The notes below the pieces were generated by a model that worked only from the letters and a program-made list of their open reading frames with translations, made no database searches and was not told where the DNA came from. Of a stretch of 64,000 nt of DNA, positions 12,501 to 27,500 are shown one piece after another. The position numbers and the translations under genes were made by a program. Every line of letters starts with the position of its first letter. Positions within the stretch are counted from its first letter, which is position 1. The DNA comes from Perna viridis (taxonomy: Eukaryota), in contig CM074523.1 in the NCBI GenBank assembly GCA_037379345.1, positions 32,565,678 to 32,629,677 on the forward strand, read 5' to 3'.

Positions 12501-15500
12501 TCTAGCATTAATTCAATAGTTTAGCCGGCGGTTTTGACATTTTAGCAGTAATTTTAGATTAAACCAGAAGCAATGCAAATTTCAGAATGATTTGAAAATT
12601 GTAACACTGGCTATTTAAGGAAAACCATTTTCAAGCCATAACTTTAATTTCATTTACTCATTTTATAATAGAACACAAGCGGTCGGCACAACCTATTTTG
12701 AAGTTTTCATTTTCTGTTTTAATAGAACACAAGCGGTCGGCACAACATATTTTGAAGTTTTCATTTTCTGTTTTAATAGAACACAAGCGGTCGGCACAAC
12801 ATATTTTGAAGTTTTCATTTTCTGTTTTTACAGAATCGTTTGAAAATGTGGTTATCAAAAAATTTTTTAAATTTAACATTTGTTAAAAAGTTAATTACAT
12901 ATAGGATCATGGTTATTGCCCTCATTATCTGTGATAATTAATGAATAAAAGAGTGTCACTCCTTGTTAATGCCAATCAAGATTGGTGTTAGCCTTTTGAA
13001 GTACTGATTTATTGATCTTACCGTGATTGACATGTTTACAACATGTTACACGGCTCATTGATTTTACTTGTCGGCAAACTTTTCACCTGTTTTTGGAGGT
13101 TAATTTTTACAAAGAAATGGGTTTTGGGACCGAATTTTGCAGCCGATGTTCGGAATTCAGAGGGGCCGGTTTAGGGAGGAAATTTTTACTTAATTATATA
13201 GGGGAAAATTCCGGACCAAAACTAAATGATCGGTTTTCGGAGGATTCCGGTTTTCAGAGGGGCCGGTTTAGGGGAGTTCCACTGTAACCCTTAAAAATGA
13301 TAAAAACATGATCATTTTTTATACACATGAAATGCATCTATTTCTCATTTGCTTGTATCATCAGTTATCTTTACAATTTTATCTTTTTCCATTGTAGGGT
13401 ACTACTGTACTTCTGGAGTAGACAGACCAATGCCAGGAGCTGCTAACGATACATCAGCAGCCAACTGCTCATGCCCAACAACAACATACTTCACCGGTGT
13501 TGGAGGAATTTGTCCGATTGGTCACTACTGTCCTTCTGGGACGGACATTCCAAAGGAATGTGTTGCTGGAAGTTATACTGATATGATTGGACAGTCTGAG
13601 TGTCAGATTTGTCCTGCTGGCTTCTATTGTCTTACTAATGCTACTGAGTATTTATCAACACCTTGTCCTATAGGTATGTATGAACTGAAACAATTTTATT
13701 CTGTGGTACTTAGAAAATTTGATGAAGTACAAATTCAAATGAGAATGGTTGATTTGTAAAGGGAAGAAAAGAAAGCCTGTTGCTTTTTCTATTTTTTTTT
13801 ACAACCTCTGTGGTATAGGGGTAGCAGGTTATCACTTCTGTGTGATATGGTAACGAACTTGCTTAGATTATTGGATTATTAACAATCTGAATAAACTCAA
13901 TTGATCAAATATTGTGGAAGTACTTTAATTTATGGATGCCTATTTACATGGGTTAGGGAAGAAACACTAGTGCATGGATTCTCAAATTGTGGTTTTGAGG
14001 TTTTCAGTATACACATCAGTGGGATTCTCCTTTTGTTGGAAACCAAATTTCGTGGTTTGACCTACCCACAAAAACCACGAAGATTAGTCTTCAACAGTAG
14101 TAACAGTAGTGAACAATAGTACTCATGGTACTTTCACAGTATGTTTTTGTCCTGAAATTCATGTAACATCTGCCAAAAGATGTTAAAACTATGATCAAAC
14201 AAGCAATACATCAAAATTATGTATTAGAATTGACTACAGAAAATATATGAATAATAACTTCTTGGTACAAGTCTTATCAGCTACATAGCCCTGTTTCTTC
14301 TTTGGTTTTTATACAAATACATTGGTTCTTGATTTGAAAATTCATTAGCATTCACTATTACATGTATCTTTAAAAGTAATTGTACCATTCAGGAAACTAC
14401 TGTCCAAATGGAACTCAACATGGTAGCCAGTATCCCTGCCCTGCTGGTACCTACAACCCAACATCTCAGAGAACATCTCTCGGGGATTGCATTGACTGCC
14501 CAGGTGGTAAATATTGTCAAGGAGACGGTAACTCAGCACCAACAGGAAACTGTTCTGCTGGCTGGTACTGTTCTGGTGGTGCTGATAGTCCTAATACAAC
14601 TACTAATGGAGGGAAATGTCAACCTGGATACTACTGCCCTGAAGGTAACAAGAATAAAGTATAATTCCAGTTAAGAATCATGCAAAAGCTGACTAGAAGT
14701 GATTCATATATATCTTTTGCAAAATTTTTGGGACTGTTCAAAATGCCTAAAAGAGTATGTTTTTAAAAATAGAAGTGTTAGTGAAAACTGGGTTTAGTGG
14801 ATATTTACTGCTAAATACAAAAATGTATGGGAAATTTTCCTGCTGAACCTTGCTTGAATATTTCCAGATTATTAGCACACACTCTTATATGAAATATTCT
14901 AAAAGAGATCAGATCTGAAGAAATCGTGTGAATAGAAAAATTGAGTTGAGGCAACATCATCCATCATCTACACACATCAATCTGTATAAAGTTTTTTTTC
15001 TCTCTGACCTTTATGATACTCCCCATTACTGTTTGGAATTATCCATTAAGTGTGTGTGAGTGAAACATGAGCTTTATTATTTTACCTAGGTTCCTCTGAT
15101 CCACAACCTTGCCCAGGAGGTCAGTACTGCCAGTTTGAAGGTTTAGACACACCCACTGATAACTGTTCAGCTGGATACTACTGTATGGCAAGGGCTGTAA
15201 CTCCAACACCAACAGATGGCAGCACTGGTGATCGATGTCCAGCTGGACACTATTGTATTTCTGAGTCTTCCTACCCAACACCATGCAGTCCTGGAACATA
15301 TAGTGGTAGTGTGGGTAACACACAGGCATCAGACTGTGTTCAATGTAGTTTTGGAGAATATTGTGGAGAATATAACCTTACCACAACTAATGGTAGGTTC
15401 TCTTACAGCTAATACAATGATTTTGTTCACTGGATAGAGTTGGTCACCTGATGAACTTCCTAAGGTAGTTAAATGGACAATTGAGAAAGTGATTTAAGCT

Positions 15501-18500
15501 TTCCATCATTCCATAGGTATTTAAATTTATTTTTGAAAGAAACTTTAAGTTACTTGTCTTCTTAACTATCTATGGAAGTTCATTGGATGATTTTTATTAA
15601 ACCAAGGGAACTCTGAATTTGAATGTGCTATAAATTGCTATTATCAGTTTATGGAAATTAGTGTTAAAGCCATAAAAAAATGCATTTAAAAAAAATGTTA
15701 TTTGTCTGTTTTTGATAAACAGCAATAAAAAAAAATCATGCATCTTTACCAGGAAAATGCAAGTGGGGTTGTTTTGTAAGCGAATAAAGTACATGCCAAT
15801 TAAATGGAATGTCTGGCAAAAACAAAATAAATCTTTCATATGATTAACAAAATAAAAATTCATGATGGACTAAGAAACAATTTTAGAAGAAAATGTTTTG
15901 TCTCTTTGTAGGAAACTGTTCTGCTGGTTATTATTGTCCTCAGGGGCAGACAACTGATGATCCATTCCTCTGCACAGTCGGCCATTTCTGTAAAGAAGGT
16001 TCCGCATCACCAACCATTTGTCCAAGCGGCTTTTATCAAGATGCCACAGGCCAATCAGACTGTACAATCTGTCCTGAAGGATATTATTGCGATAACACTG
16101 TTGGAATTGTTGTTGTCAATGACACAGTGAAATGTCCAGAAGGATATTATTGTCCTCCCGGTGAGTTTATTTAATTTATAAGGCCAGGTGAGCTATTGCT
16201 GTCACATGGCGTCTGTCGTTGTTAACAATTATAGAAAACTCTTCTCCTCTGAAACTACTTGACCAGTTGAATATTCCTTGGGGTATCCTGCATAGAACTG
16301 ATATGGGGATTTTTGATTTGTCGAAAAACATGGCCGCCATTACTAAAAATAGAACATAGGGGTCAGACACTAGTTTTTCACATATATCTCCTATACCGTT
16401 AGGTTTAGCTAAATTCTGACATGAATGTATGTTCAGCATGATGAGATCTATTTCTGGTCAAATTTTTGTTTTAATCCGTTAAGCCATGGAGTTATTGCCC
16501 TTTTTTAATGATTTTTGCTATTTTTAATGTTATTTCTTTCAAAAATCTTCTCCTCTGAAACTACTTAAGCAATTGAAACCAAACTTGGTATGAATGTTCT
16601 TTAGTGTATCCTGCATTGAACTGATGTGGGGATTTTTGATGTCAAAAAACATGGCAGCTGTTACTAAAAATAGAACATAGGGGTCAGGCAGTTTTTTGCA
16701 TATATCTCCAAAACCATTAGGTTTAGCAAAATTCTTTCAATGGCTGAAATGATCCATATTATCAGGACTACGAAAAGTCTTCGGGGATAAAAGTTGTCAG
16801 ATGACTCCTTGTAAGAGTTATTGGCCTTGAAATGGGAAAATGACTCCTTTTTTGTAACAGTTTTCAGTCAATATCTTGAAAACTATGATAGTTTAAAAGA
16901 AACTTTCAATCGTTGAGAAGATCTTATGATAAGTCCTACCAAAAACTTCTCGAGTCAAAATTGTTGGACAACTTCTTGTTAAATTTTTTGCCTTTGAAAG
17001 AACAAAATTCAACCAGGTGAGTGATTCAGGCTCCTGGGGGCCTTTGTTTAATTTTTCTTTGCTTATCAGTAATATTACAGTTAAACCTGTCTGAATGAAT
17101 AGAAAACCTGTCTGAACCAAACCCTGAATAAACAGAAAATCTGTCCGAACTAAAACCTGAATGAATAGAAAAACTGTCTTAAACCAAACCCTGAATGTAT
17201 AGAAAACAAACCGTGAATAAAAAGAAAACATGTCCAAAAAACTGGTATGACAGTTCATTCTTTTAGATATTGTTACAATTTGTACCTGTATAAACCAAAC
17301 ACCTGTCTAAAGTAGACAAATTCTTCAGTCCTTAGATGGTTCTGTTTGGACAGGTTTCACTGTATATGTATTGGTGCTATAAGAATCTAAAGAATTGGGA
17401 CATGCATGGAAACTTATGTCATATTACATGTATGTCTTCAAATGATGTAATTTAGCTATCCATCATTTTTTTTTCTTCAAATACAGTTAATCAATTTTGA
17501 AAACTAAAATTACAGTGAAACCGAACTCTGAATAATCCAAAATCCTGTGTTAGCCAGACACTTTTAAATGTCCCTTTATATCTATTTGAGGAGGTAGACC
17601 TAGGGTAAGGGACATAACTCATGAGGTCAGTGATATGCATGTATCACATTCAATTTCACTGAAGTCTTTCAAGCTTTCATTTGATACAGAATGAAATCAA
17701 TCCAAGTTATTTTTTATGCTTACATGAGATTGATATAAAAATCCTGAATACAAACGTTGCAATGATTTTAAAGAGTTGTGTCCCTTACCTTAGGTCTACC
17801 CCCTTAAAACGGAACACTTGTCTTAACCAAACAAACTTTAAGTTTAAAAGGGGTTTGGTTTAGAGAGGTTCCACTGTATATTGAAACACTATTATACACC
17901 TTGCAGATGGATTTATATTTTTATTTATATATTTTCCCTATTTTATTAGGAACTGAGAGAGGTAACCAATGGCCTTGCCCCCTTGGAACATTTAACAACT
18001 TGACTGGACTGAACCAGAGCACAGACTGTACACCATGCTCTGGAGGATATTACTGTGGAATTGTGGGACAGTCTGCACCAACTGCACCATGTGATGCTGG
18101 ATACTATTGTAAACGTTACGCTGAGATGTCTGCACCAAACCAGACCACCAATGCTAATATCTGTCCTCAAGGTAAAGGAAGGACTTTAAGTCATAGCTGC
18201 CTATCCTCTTCACTCCCAACAGAGAATAAGGTCAACACAAGATCTTGCCATTCAGCATATTTCTTTGCAAAAATGTTTGCTTCACTCCATGTCATTTTCA
18301 ACACTTTAACTCATTTTCAACAGTCCTTCACCATGTTGTTTTATGTTGGCCTCTTGGTTTTTTACCTTGCAATGTTCTTCTAAGGGCTGTTTTTTGTGAT
18401 GTCTGCACTTTGCATTCTCAAAACATGCCCTTACCATCGGGAAGTGCTTTTTTGTCCTCAAGGAAATTGAATAACTTCTTGTCTTAATTGTGTTTAGTTC

Positions 18501-21500
18501 ATTAAAAAAGAACAGGTATTCATGAAAAATATAGTTCGATGCAAGCCTAAAAAAAATATTAGAATAAAAAAAATATTACATATATTTAGGACTTAAAGTG
18601 TATACTGATAAAAAGTGAGGCCTGATTTTTGCCCCCCTTCCCACCCTATTTAGTAATTTATATCCATATGCTTTCCATGATGTATTGATTAAGTTTGTTT
18701 TTAAATCCTTACATTTATAAAAGAGATTGAAAATAAGTTATACTTTCTGCTGAAGGGCAGAACATGAAAAAAAATTCCTAGTCTTGCAATGTTTTAATTG
18801 TTTTTTTTCAGGATCATTCTGCCCACTAGGAACAACAACCCCAGAATCATGCCCTCCTGGAACATTTGGAGCTACCACAGGATTACAAAACTCATCAGTC
18901 TGTACCCCATGTACAGCTGGATATTTCTGTCAGACACCAGGACTACTTGATAATGAAGGTCTGATTTTACAGTTTGTTATTTGTTTTTTGTTTTGTTTTT
19001 GTTTTTAAGGTATTTTTTCAGATGAATTATGCCTTGAAATTAAAACATAATCCATTTAACAACTTGATTGTTTTTTTTTAATTAATAAATGTCATATGCA
19101 TCTATGTATATTACAAAAACTGTAATGTTTTTATTGTTTGTCATAATTTTAGTAGTTCATGGATGGTTTTGTTACAGTATCTTAGGTTTCTGTGGAAGTT
19201 TTATACATCCTTGTGTTCTGACAAATCCATGTAAATTGGCATACCTGTAAACCCTCTCACATTAAGATGGATGTCTTAGATAATCAATGTAAAATTTAGA
19301 ATCTCCTGCATGAAATGTAAGATTTGTGGGATGTTTTTTATTAAAATGACTTTTTTTTATGAAAAATACTAAATAATTTGACATTTTACATCAAAAATTT
19401 GCTTTAACATAAAAAACTCCCACATGAGCCAGTGTCAATGGAGGAAAATCTTCCAAAGGTTACTAGGTATCTGTATTCCACAAACCTTAGTTCTCCCACC
19501 ATAAGTTGGAGTATAGTATTATATAATCTGTGTCTTGCTGCTAGTGTCATTGCCTCATTGACATTTTCCCCCAACTTTGTACTGTGTCTCCATTGCATCA
19601 TTGCTATAAATAGAATTGTATGTACAAATGTATATGTATGTTATAGGACCATGTAATGCTGGGTATTACTGTGTAGAAGGGTCTGACTCACCTAACCAGG
19701 AGATATGTACAACAGGTCACTTCTGTCCTACTGGAACTGCTTCACCTGTCAGGTGTCCTGAGGTATTTCATCATATCTATTTATAGCACGTTTAAATTCA
19801 AGCTTAGATGTTTGATGATATATTTTAAGGGTTAAGTAGATAACTGCAATTCCTTGGTTCTATAAACAAGCTGAACATGCGGTTGGAGATTAATAGATTC
19901 TATTTCAGATTCAAAATGATGTGAAGGATATCTTCTCAAAGTTTTCAAAATTCATGTATTTCCAGGGCAGAGTGTAATTTGACAATATGCATTTAGTTTA
20001 AATGGAGTGTAACTAAGTTTTTGAAATAGGGTATGTAAGTCTCATCATGTGATCCAGTGATTTCACAAGATTGGGTCCTTGTCTATCATTCAAAAGCATG
20101 AAGACTTGTCATTTAAAGAACGAGGGCAAAACATCTTTTTGTGTTAAAAAATACCGATAAAAAATAACGAATATCTATTTCTACATGATAAAGGTATTAA
20201 GAAAGAACATAAAGTAGAAGATTTTGCATTGTTATACAGCGTTTCGAGTACCCGGAAGTAAACAATAAAAGATCGGTCTTCGGTTTTCAATACGTTCTAT
20301 GTTGTAAATTCCGGTAAAGAAAATGAAAATAGAACGGGACTTACATACCCTATTCATGTCCATTTTAATTTTGTTTTTATCAAATGCAGAACACATTAAT
20401 TGTCTAAAGCAACCACAGATTTATGAATGTAAAGAATACAAATCATCAATGAATTTTGTCTTTCAGGGTACCTTTAACCCATACACAGGACTGAACAGTT
20501 CTGATCAATGTACACCCTGTACCGAAGGACAATACTGCCAAGATGAAGGACTTAATACCACATCAGGACCTTGTGAGGCAGGATTTTATTGCCCACCTGG
20601 CCAGAATTCATCTCGTCCATCTGACTATCCTTGCCTGGTTGCCCATTATTGCCCTATTAACTCTTCACAGCCGATACCATGTGCCAATGGAACATACATG
20701 AATCACACCCAGGGAGCTGAATGTTATATTTGTCCTGCTGGATGGTAAGAATAAAATGGGATTAAATAAACTTTGAAATTTTCAAGCCATCTTTTTTAAA
20801 TTATCAATCTTTTTTCACTCAATCTTAAATTTGCATTGATAAAAATCTATCTTGATGAAAATACTCCACAACCCAAAAAATGTCAATATTGAAGAAATGC
20901 AATGGTTAACAGTAGATTGTCAATGAGGAAAACTAGAGATGTCCGTAATTGACAATGAAAAATATACGCAATGTTTTCCTCTTCTATATGATGGGCATAA
21001 TTTATAACTTTACATGGTTAAGGCATTACCGCTACATTTGTGAATTATTGACTTATTCATGTTTTTCAATAAAAAATCAACTGAAAATTGGCAATAACTC
21101 GGCTAACTGTTTTTTACTCTCCTCAGGTATTGTCAACAAGGCACAGTCATTGGGCAATGTCCTATTGGCCATTATTGTCCAGATGGAACAGGTTTTGACT
21201 GGCAACAGTGCCCTGTTGGAACATTCAACAATGAGACAGGCCTAACTGCCTCCACTGAGTGTAAACCATGCCCTGGCGGCCATTACTGCGATTCTCTCGG
21301 CATGTCAACATCGTCAGGTCCTTGTGAGGCTGGGTATTTCTGTGAATATGGCCTGGATAGATCTGACCCAAGTGGTAATGGAACTTGTACTGGACCAGGC
21401 AGTCAGACAGGTGTTGGAGGTATTTGCCCTGTGGGCCACTATTGTCCAACCCAGACAACACACCCTATTGCCTGCCCAGCTGGTTCATTTAGTAACAACA

Positions 21501-24500
21501 CTGGACTTGCCACATGCTATGACTGTCCTGCTGGTTACTATTGCTTGCAAGGTGAGAAGTATTGACATTTGTATTTGTTGTAAAGTAATATAGTTACAAT
21601 AAAATCTTGTTTTAAATGAACCCTAAGAAATCTAAAAACCTGTCTATCAAGAAACGGTTTAAAGTCACTTTGTCACAATTTTAATATGTATTAATCCTTG
21701 GTAAATTGAACACCTGTCTAAACCAAACAGATTCTTAAGTCTAAAATGGGGTTTAGACAGGTTGACTGTACTTATTTTTTCATCTGCTGCTGTAAATTGT
21801 TTAAATCATTGTGACATTTTTTGTTACTTTTGATATGCACCTGTTGTTAATTCGAACTAATAATTAAAAAATTAGTGGTATAGCAGCTGTAGAATGATGT
21901 TGTAACAGATAATAGCATTGTGACATCATTACTCATGACAAATGTTGTAATAGATAATAGCATTGTGACATCATTACTCATGACAAATGTTGTAATAGAT
22001 AATAGCATTGTGACATCGTTACTCATGACAAATGTTGTAATAGATAATAGCATTGTGACATCGTTACTCATGACAAATGTTGTAATAGATAATAGCATTG
22101 TGACATCATTACTCATGACAAATGTTGTAATAGATAATAGCATTGTGACATCGTTACTCATTAACAAATGTTGTAATAGGTAATAGCATTGTGACATCGT
22201 TACTCATGACAAATGTTGTAATAGATAATAGCATTGTGACATCGTTACTCATGGCAAATGTTGTAATAGATAATAGCATTGTGACATCATTACTCATGAC
22301 AAATGTTGTAATAGATAATAGCATTGTGACATCATTACTCATGACAAATGTTGTAATAGATAATAGCATTGTGACATCGTTTCTCATGACAAATTATACA
22401 CTTATGAATTTATTGAGCACAGTGTTGTATGCAACATTATAGATCTCTTTTCATGACAAAATCTGGATTTCTTCATATTTTACAAAAATTAAAATTGTAA
22501 AATTACATTGTAGTAAAAAATAACTAAAAAAAGACAATTACTGTAATGATGCCAATTTTAACATTCTTTATTTTTCAAGTTCTACGGGAGGTAGCTGAGA
22601 GATCTTGATGAACTATATTGAAGCAATTTCCATAACCTTACAAATGAAGTGAAAATAGAACCTCCTGAAAATTTCCTACTACATGTATTTGTTATTAAAT
22701 TTACAAAGCTATAGATTATCAACACTAATATATCATCAAAGGTGTGCCTGACTGTCTAACGAACTACATCATTATTTTTAGGTGCTGAAGACTATGCAGC
22801 AACACCATGTGACCCAGGATACTATTGTCCAACTGGTACTATGTCACCAACACAGTTTCCCTGTCCTGCTGGTACATTCTATAATCTGACAATGGCTATT
22901 GATGTGATGGATTGTCTCCCTTGTCCAGGGGGAGAATACTGTGCTACAGATGGACTGGGTTCCCCAACTGGAAAATGCCAAGCTGGTAGGTTTTAGTAAA
23001 CATATGACTTAATGAGTGCTGTGAAAAATGGGATACTGTAAACCAATTTTTTTTGTGGTGTACTTATTCTTGCTGTTTTCATGGTACAGAAAAATGTGAA
23101 AAATAGTACCTGAGAAATTGATTGTTAACACTATGTAATGCAAATCATTTTTGAAATGGTGAGCATTTCCACTTGACAGAATCTTCAAAAATTTTATATG
23201 TTAATTTGTTCTAACAGGATGGTATTGTACTCTTAACTCAACCTCAGCCACACCCAGCAGTCCTGAGGGTGGAGAATGTCAGGTTGGGTTCTACTGCCCA
23301 GAAGGATCATATGCCCCCCTGCAATGTACACCAGGACAATATTGTCAGATCACAGGACTAGCCTTGCCTACTAATAACTGTACTGCTGGTAAGTATGTGA
23401 CATGGTAGAAATAGATGTTCTCAGCTTCAATGTCTAAACAGTTTTCATTTGCCACAATGAGTTTGGAGGGTTTTTTTTTTAATTAAATTAATTTAATTTA
23501 AGTGTTTACAAGTATTTTATGCTACCCAGCCTTTATATGTTTCAACAGGAAAAAGTGTAGTGTAGTTTTGGTGTTTTTTTTAAGACAAAATCATTCCATA
23601 TAGAGGCTCAGAAATGATGAAGTAGGGAACTTTACTTGCATGCAAGACACAGTGAAATGCCAATTAGTGAAAGTTCTGGTCAAATCATAAAATACAGTGA
23701 CATCTGTCAAAATCAAATTGCAGGAAAGATAATTTTATTAATGAAATAAAAAGGGCATCAAGGGGTGATAACACAAACTAATCTTTGAGGTATCATGTTA
23801 AATTCCCTTTATATTTAGTCAAGAAAGAAAAGAAGCCATCATTTGTTTTTATGAAAAATATTTTGAGCAAAATTTATAAATTCTGATATATTTTTTTTCA
23901 CATTACTCAATCTTCCAGGTTACTACTGCATACTGAAAGCTTCTGCACCCAATCCAACAGATGGAGTCACAGGCAACAATTGCCCAGTAGGGCACTATTG
24001 CCCAGAAGGAAGTGCAGACAAACAACCTTGCCCAATGGGTTATTACCTGGATGCCACACTACAAGTTGACCTTAGTGATTGTAAACTTTGCCCAGGTGGA
24101 CAATATTGCCCATCTTCAGGCTTAGAGTTACCTGTAGGCAACTGTTCATCTGGTTACTATTGCCCAGGTGGGCAGAACATGTCAATGCCTACTGAATACA
24201 AGTAAGTTAAATAGCTTAAATAGCTGTCTTCCTAAGAATCAGCTTCATTTTTAATAAGAGATTTGTTACATGATATCAGCAAAAAAATACCAAAGCACTA
24301 GCAATATGAACTAACTCCCCCTCTAAAAAAAAATCAGGAGTGACATCAGGTGCTCCGAAAGGGTAAGCATGTCTTGCTGTGTCAGGATACGTGTAGTTAC
24401 ATGAGTAGTTTGATTAATGTGTGTGAAATGGCACGTATGAGTTGATATTATAGGAAAAGTATAAAAATCATAACAGATGTTAACATGACAAGTCTTATCA

Positions 24501-27500
24501 TTGTAGCTGTCCAATTGGCCATTACTGTCCTGAAGGTTCTGATGCACCAATTAGATGTGAGAATGGAACATACCAAGATGTTGAGACACAGAATGTGTGT
24601 AAAGTCTGTCCTGCTGGGTATTTCTGTGACAACACCATGTCTATTGTTGTCCTTGACAACTCAACAACAATTTGCCCCATGGGATATTATTGTCCCGAAG
24701 GAACGAGGTATAACCAGGAACACCCATGTCCAATTGGAACATTCAACAACAGAACAGGTGAGAAAATTATTTTGTTGATTTTAAGTTTCTGAAGAAACAG
24801 TTTTTTTTAATTTGTCATTTCAAACTTTCAAAATTTTCACAAGTTGATATACTTGAACTAGTACAAAAACTTGCAATTGCCTGAACTTAACTTTTTCCTT
24901 AAATACCCTAATTATCCTTAATTGTTTTAATTTTCAGGTCTGCAAACTGTTTCTGACTGTACACCATGTTTGGGAGGATACCATTGTCCCATGGTTGGCA
25001 TGGTAACACCAGTTGACCTTTGTGACTCAGGATTCTTCTGTAAACAAAATGCCAACATCTCTACACCAAATCAAGGTAAGCTATTCCTACAAATAACATC
25101 CTACCAACAAATTTATGGGGAATATTTCATCTCTCAAGGATTTATTTTGTCAGATTTAGAAAAAGTTTTTAATTTGTCTATGACATCTTCATAAAACTTT
25201 TTTCAGTTATCTTGTTTTCTGACCATTAAAAATGCTATTTTGTGGCTGTGATGAATAAGTGATATATCACCCATTATGGTATGTTCATTTTTTCTATAAT
25301 CTATGAAAATTTGGGGTTTTTGTAACCCTGGTATTGTGTTAAAATTTGGTTCACTTTCAGGTAAAAACTTTTCAATTCTTGTTTTATTCGCTGTACCATG
25401 AACAAATAGTAATGTAAAGCAATATTTTTTGAATTTCATTACTTTCTTGTTGGTAGTGCTGATCATATGTATGACCTTTGAACTTTGACCTTCAGGTGAC
25501 GATGCCAATATATGTCCTGAGGGTCACTATTGCCCTGTTGGTACAGCAAATCCTGTTCCCTGTCCTAAGGGAACATTTGGTAACAGTACAGGACTTGAGG
25601 GTGACGTAGACTGTGTTCTGTGTCCAGCAGGAAGTTACTGTGCAGAAACTGGCATGACTAATACAAGTGGACCTTGCTCTGAAGGGTAAGATGTGGTTCT
25701 GACATAACTTATTGTGGGAGAAATGTGAATGAGGGTCATCTTTTTATTATCTAATACCTGCAAAGTATGATTTAAACAATTTTTGAAAAAAGTTTCTTTC
25801 TTTTATCTAAAATTTTCTGACAAAAAAAAATATTCAAATACTCTTGTTAGATTATATTTGGAAAGTTTCAAAATGATTATGAAGTGTTATATTGCAGAGA
25901 AATATAAGATCAAAAAACTTCTTTCAAGCAGGAGAGGGTTATCATAAATAATTTTGAAAGTTATTATCATTGATTATATGCTGGGATGTTTTCTCTTCTT
26001 TTTGCATCATTAAAGGAATGTATTTTCCTGAGTTTCTCCTTATTAAAATCAAATTCTTAAGTAATATTTTTGTTTTACAGGTGTAGATGTATTTAACAGT
26101 CATTTTTCCTAATGCTGTGTTAAATTACTACATGTATTAAAAGTTATTGTTTGTGTGCATTTTGGAATTTTTTTGTGTAATAATTAATACCTTATCCTTT
26201 TTAGGTATTACTGTGAAATAGCATCAAACCATTCCCAACGTGCCATTTGCCCAATAGGCCATTATTGCCCAGAAGGATCTGGTTCCCCAACACCATGCCC
26301 TGCTGGTACCTACACAAACACTCAAGGTCTGGCAAACATGACACAATGTACATCATGTGATCCAGGCAAATACTGCAATGATACAGGTAAGATTATTAAA
26401 GACAAGGAAAGTTAAGAAGAATATTATTTAATGTAACAGTTAAATAGGATGTGTTAAAACAAGGATTGATAAAACAAATAACATATAGTCTCTAGAAACT
26501 AAATAAAAAAAATAGTAGCTCATGAACTGAAAGCATGTATGTATGTGCACAGGAGTAATGTCTATAGTGTAGGATTGAACTGGTTACCAGGATCATCCTT
26601 TGGAAGCATGAAAAAACTTTAAATAAGTTTAAAATTGGTTAAAAGCACTATTTTAGTCAGGCAATTTAGTCCAAATTACCTGCTCCCAACTAAAGTTATT
26701 AGACAGTTAAAGCTTCTTAGAATTTATACCAAACATTGTGAAAAAGTTATCTGGTCAGTGGAGAATTATATGTCCAATCAGATGACATGTTATATCCCAA
26801 TCAGATGACATGTTATATGTCCAATCAGATGACATGTTATATCCCAATCAGATGACATGTTATATGTCCAATCAGATGACATGTTATATCCCAATCAGAT
26901 GACATGTTATATGTCCAATCAGATGACATGTTATATCCCAATCAGATGACATGTTATATCCCAATCAGATGACATGTTTTATGTCCAATCAGATGACATG
27001 TTATATCCCGTTTCTTGTCAATTGATCAATTTTCAACTATGACATACTTTTCAATTTAATAAAATGTCTTTTAATATATAAAAATTTATTTTTCAGGATT
27101 ATTTACTTACACTGGAGACTGTGATCCTGGATTCTACTGCCCAGGTGGTGACTCTGTTCCAAATCCAGTTGATACACCATGTCCAATCGGTCTACACTGT
27201 CCAATGGGAAGTGGCCTACCAGTACCATGTGATCCAGGAACTTATACCAATCTGACACAACAATCAGACTGTCTGATCTGTCCCGCTGGATTCTATTGTG
27301 TACCAGAGGAAGTTATCCAAGGTAGACTACTATTATCACTGTTAACGTTTCGTTATTCTCATCTTAATAGAAAAATAACATATATGAACTTTCATGAACA
27401 ACTGTAAGAGTAATCAAGGAAACCAAGGTTATAGCGGTAATCAACAGAATGTAATCTAGGGACAAAGACCAGACATGGAAAACAGACATACACAACAAAG

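Larger units (their letters stand above)
10384..13284 (-). mobile_element. pogo/Tigger-family DNA transposon, 2.9 kb, internally deleted, in intron w15
   Basis: TA flanks at 10382-83 and 13285-86; imperfect TIRs CAGTGGA-N7-TAAACCGGC; subterminal GGTTTTC(A/G)GAGG repeats at both ends; transposase remnant inside. Confidence 0.93.

Noticed and set aside
11185-12540. Active or domesticated (TIGD/CENP-B/JRK-like) transposase gene
   Set aside because: Frameshifts, a deleted DDE core segment, and retained TIRs and TA flanks indicate a defective transposon copy.
21847-22442. Repetitive ORFs (MSNDVTMLLSITTFV)n and (MTNVVIDNSIVTSLL)n; similar ORFs at 12658-12886, 42805-43107, 48467-49134 and 54395-54724
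   Set aside because: Translations of minisatellites, mostly open on both strands and without splice or start context.
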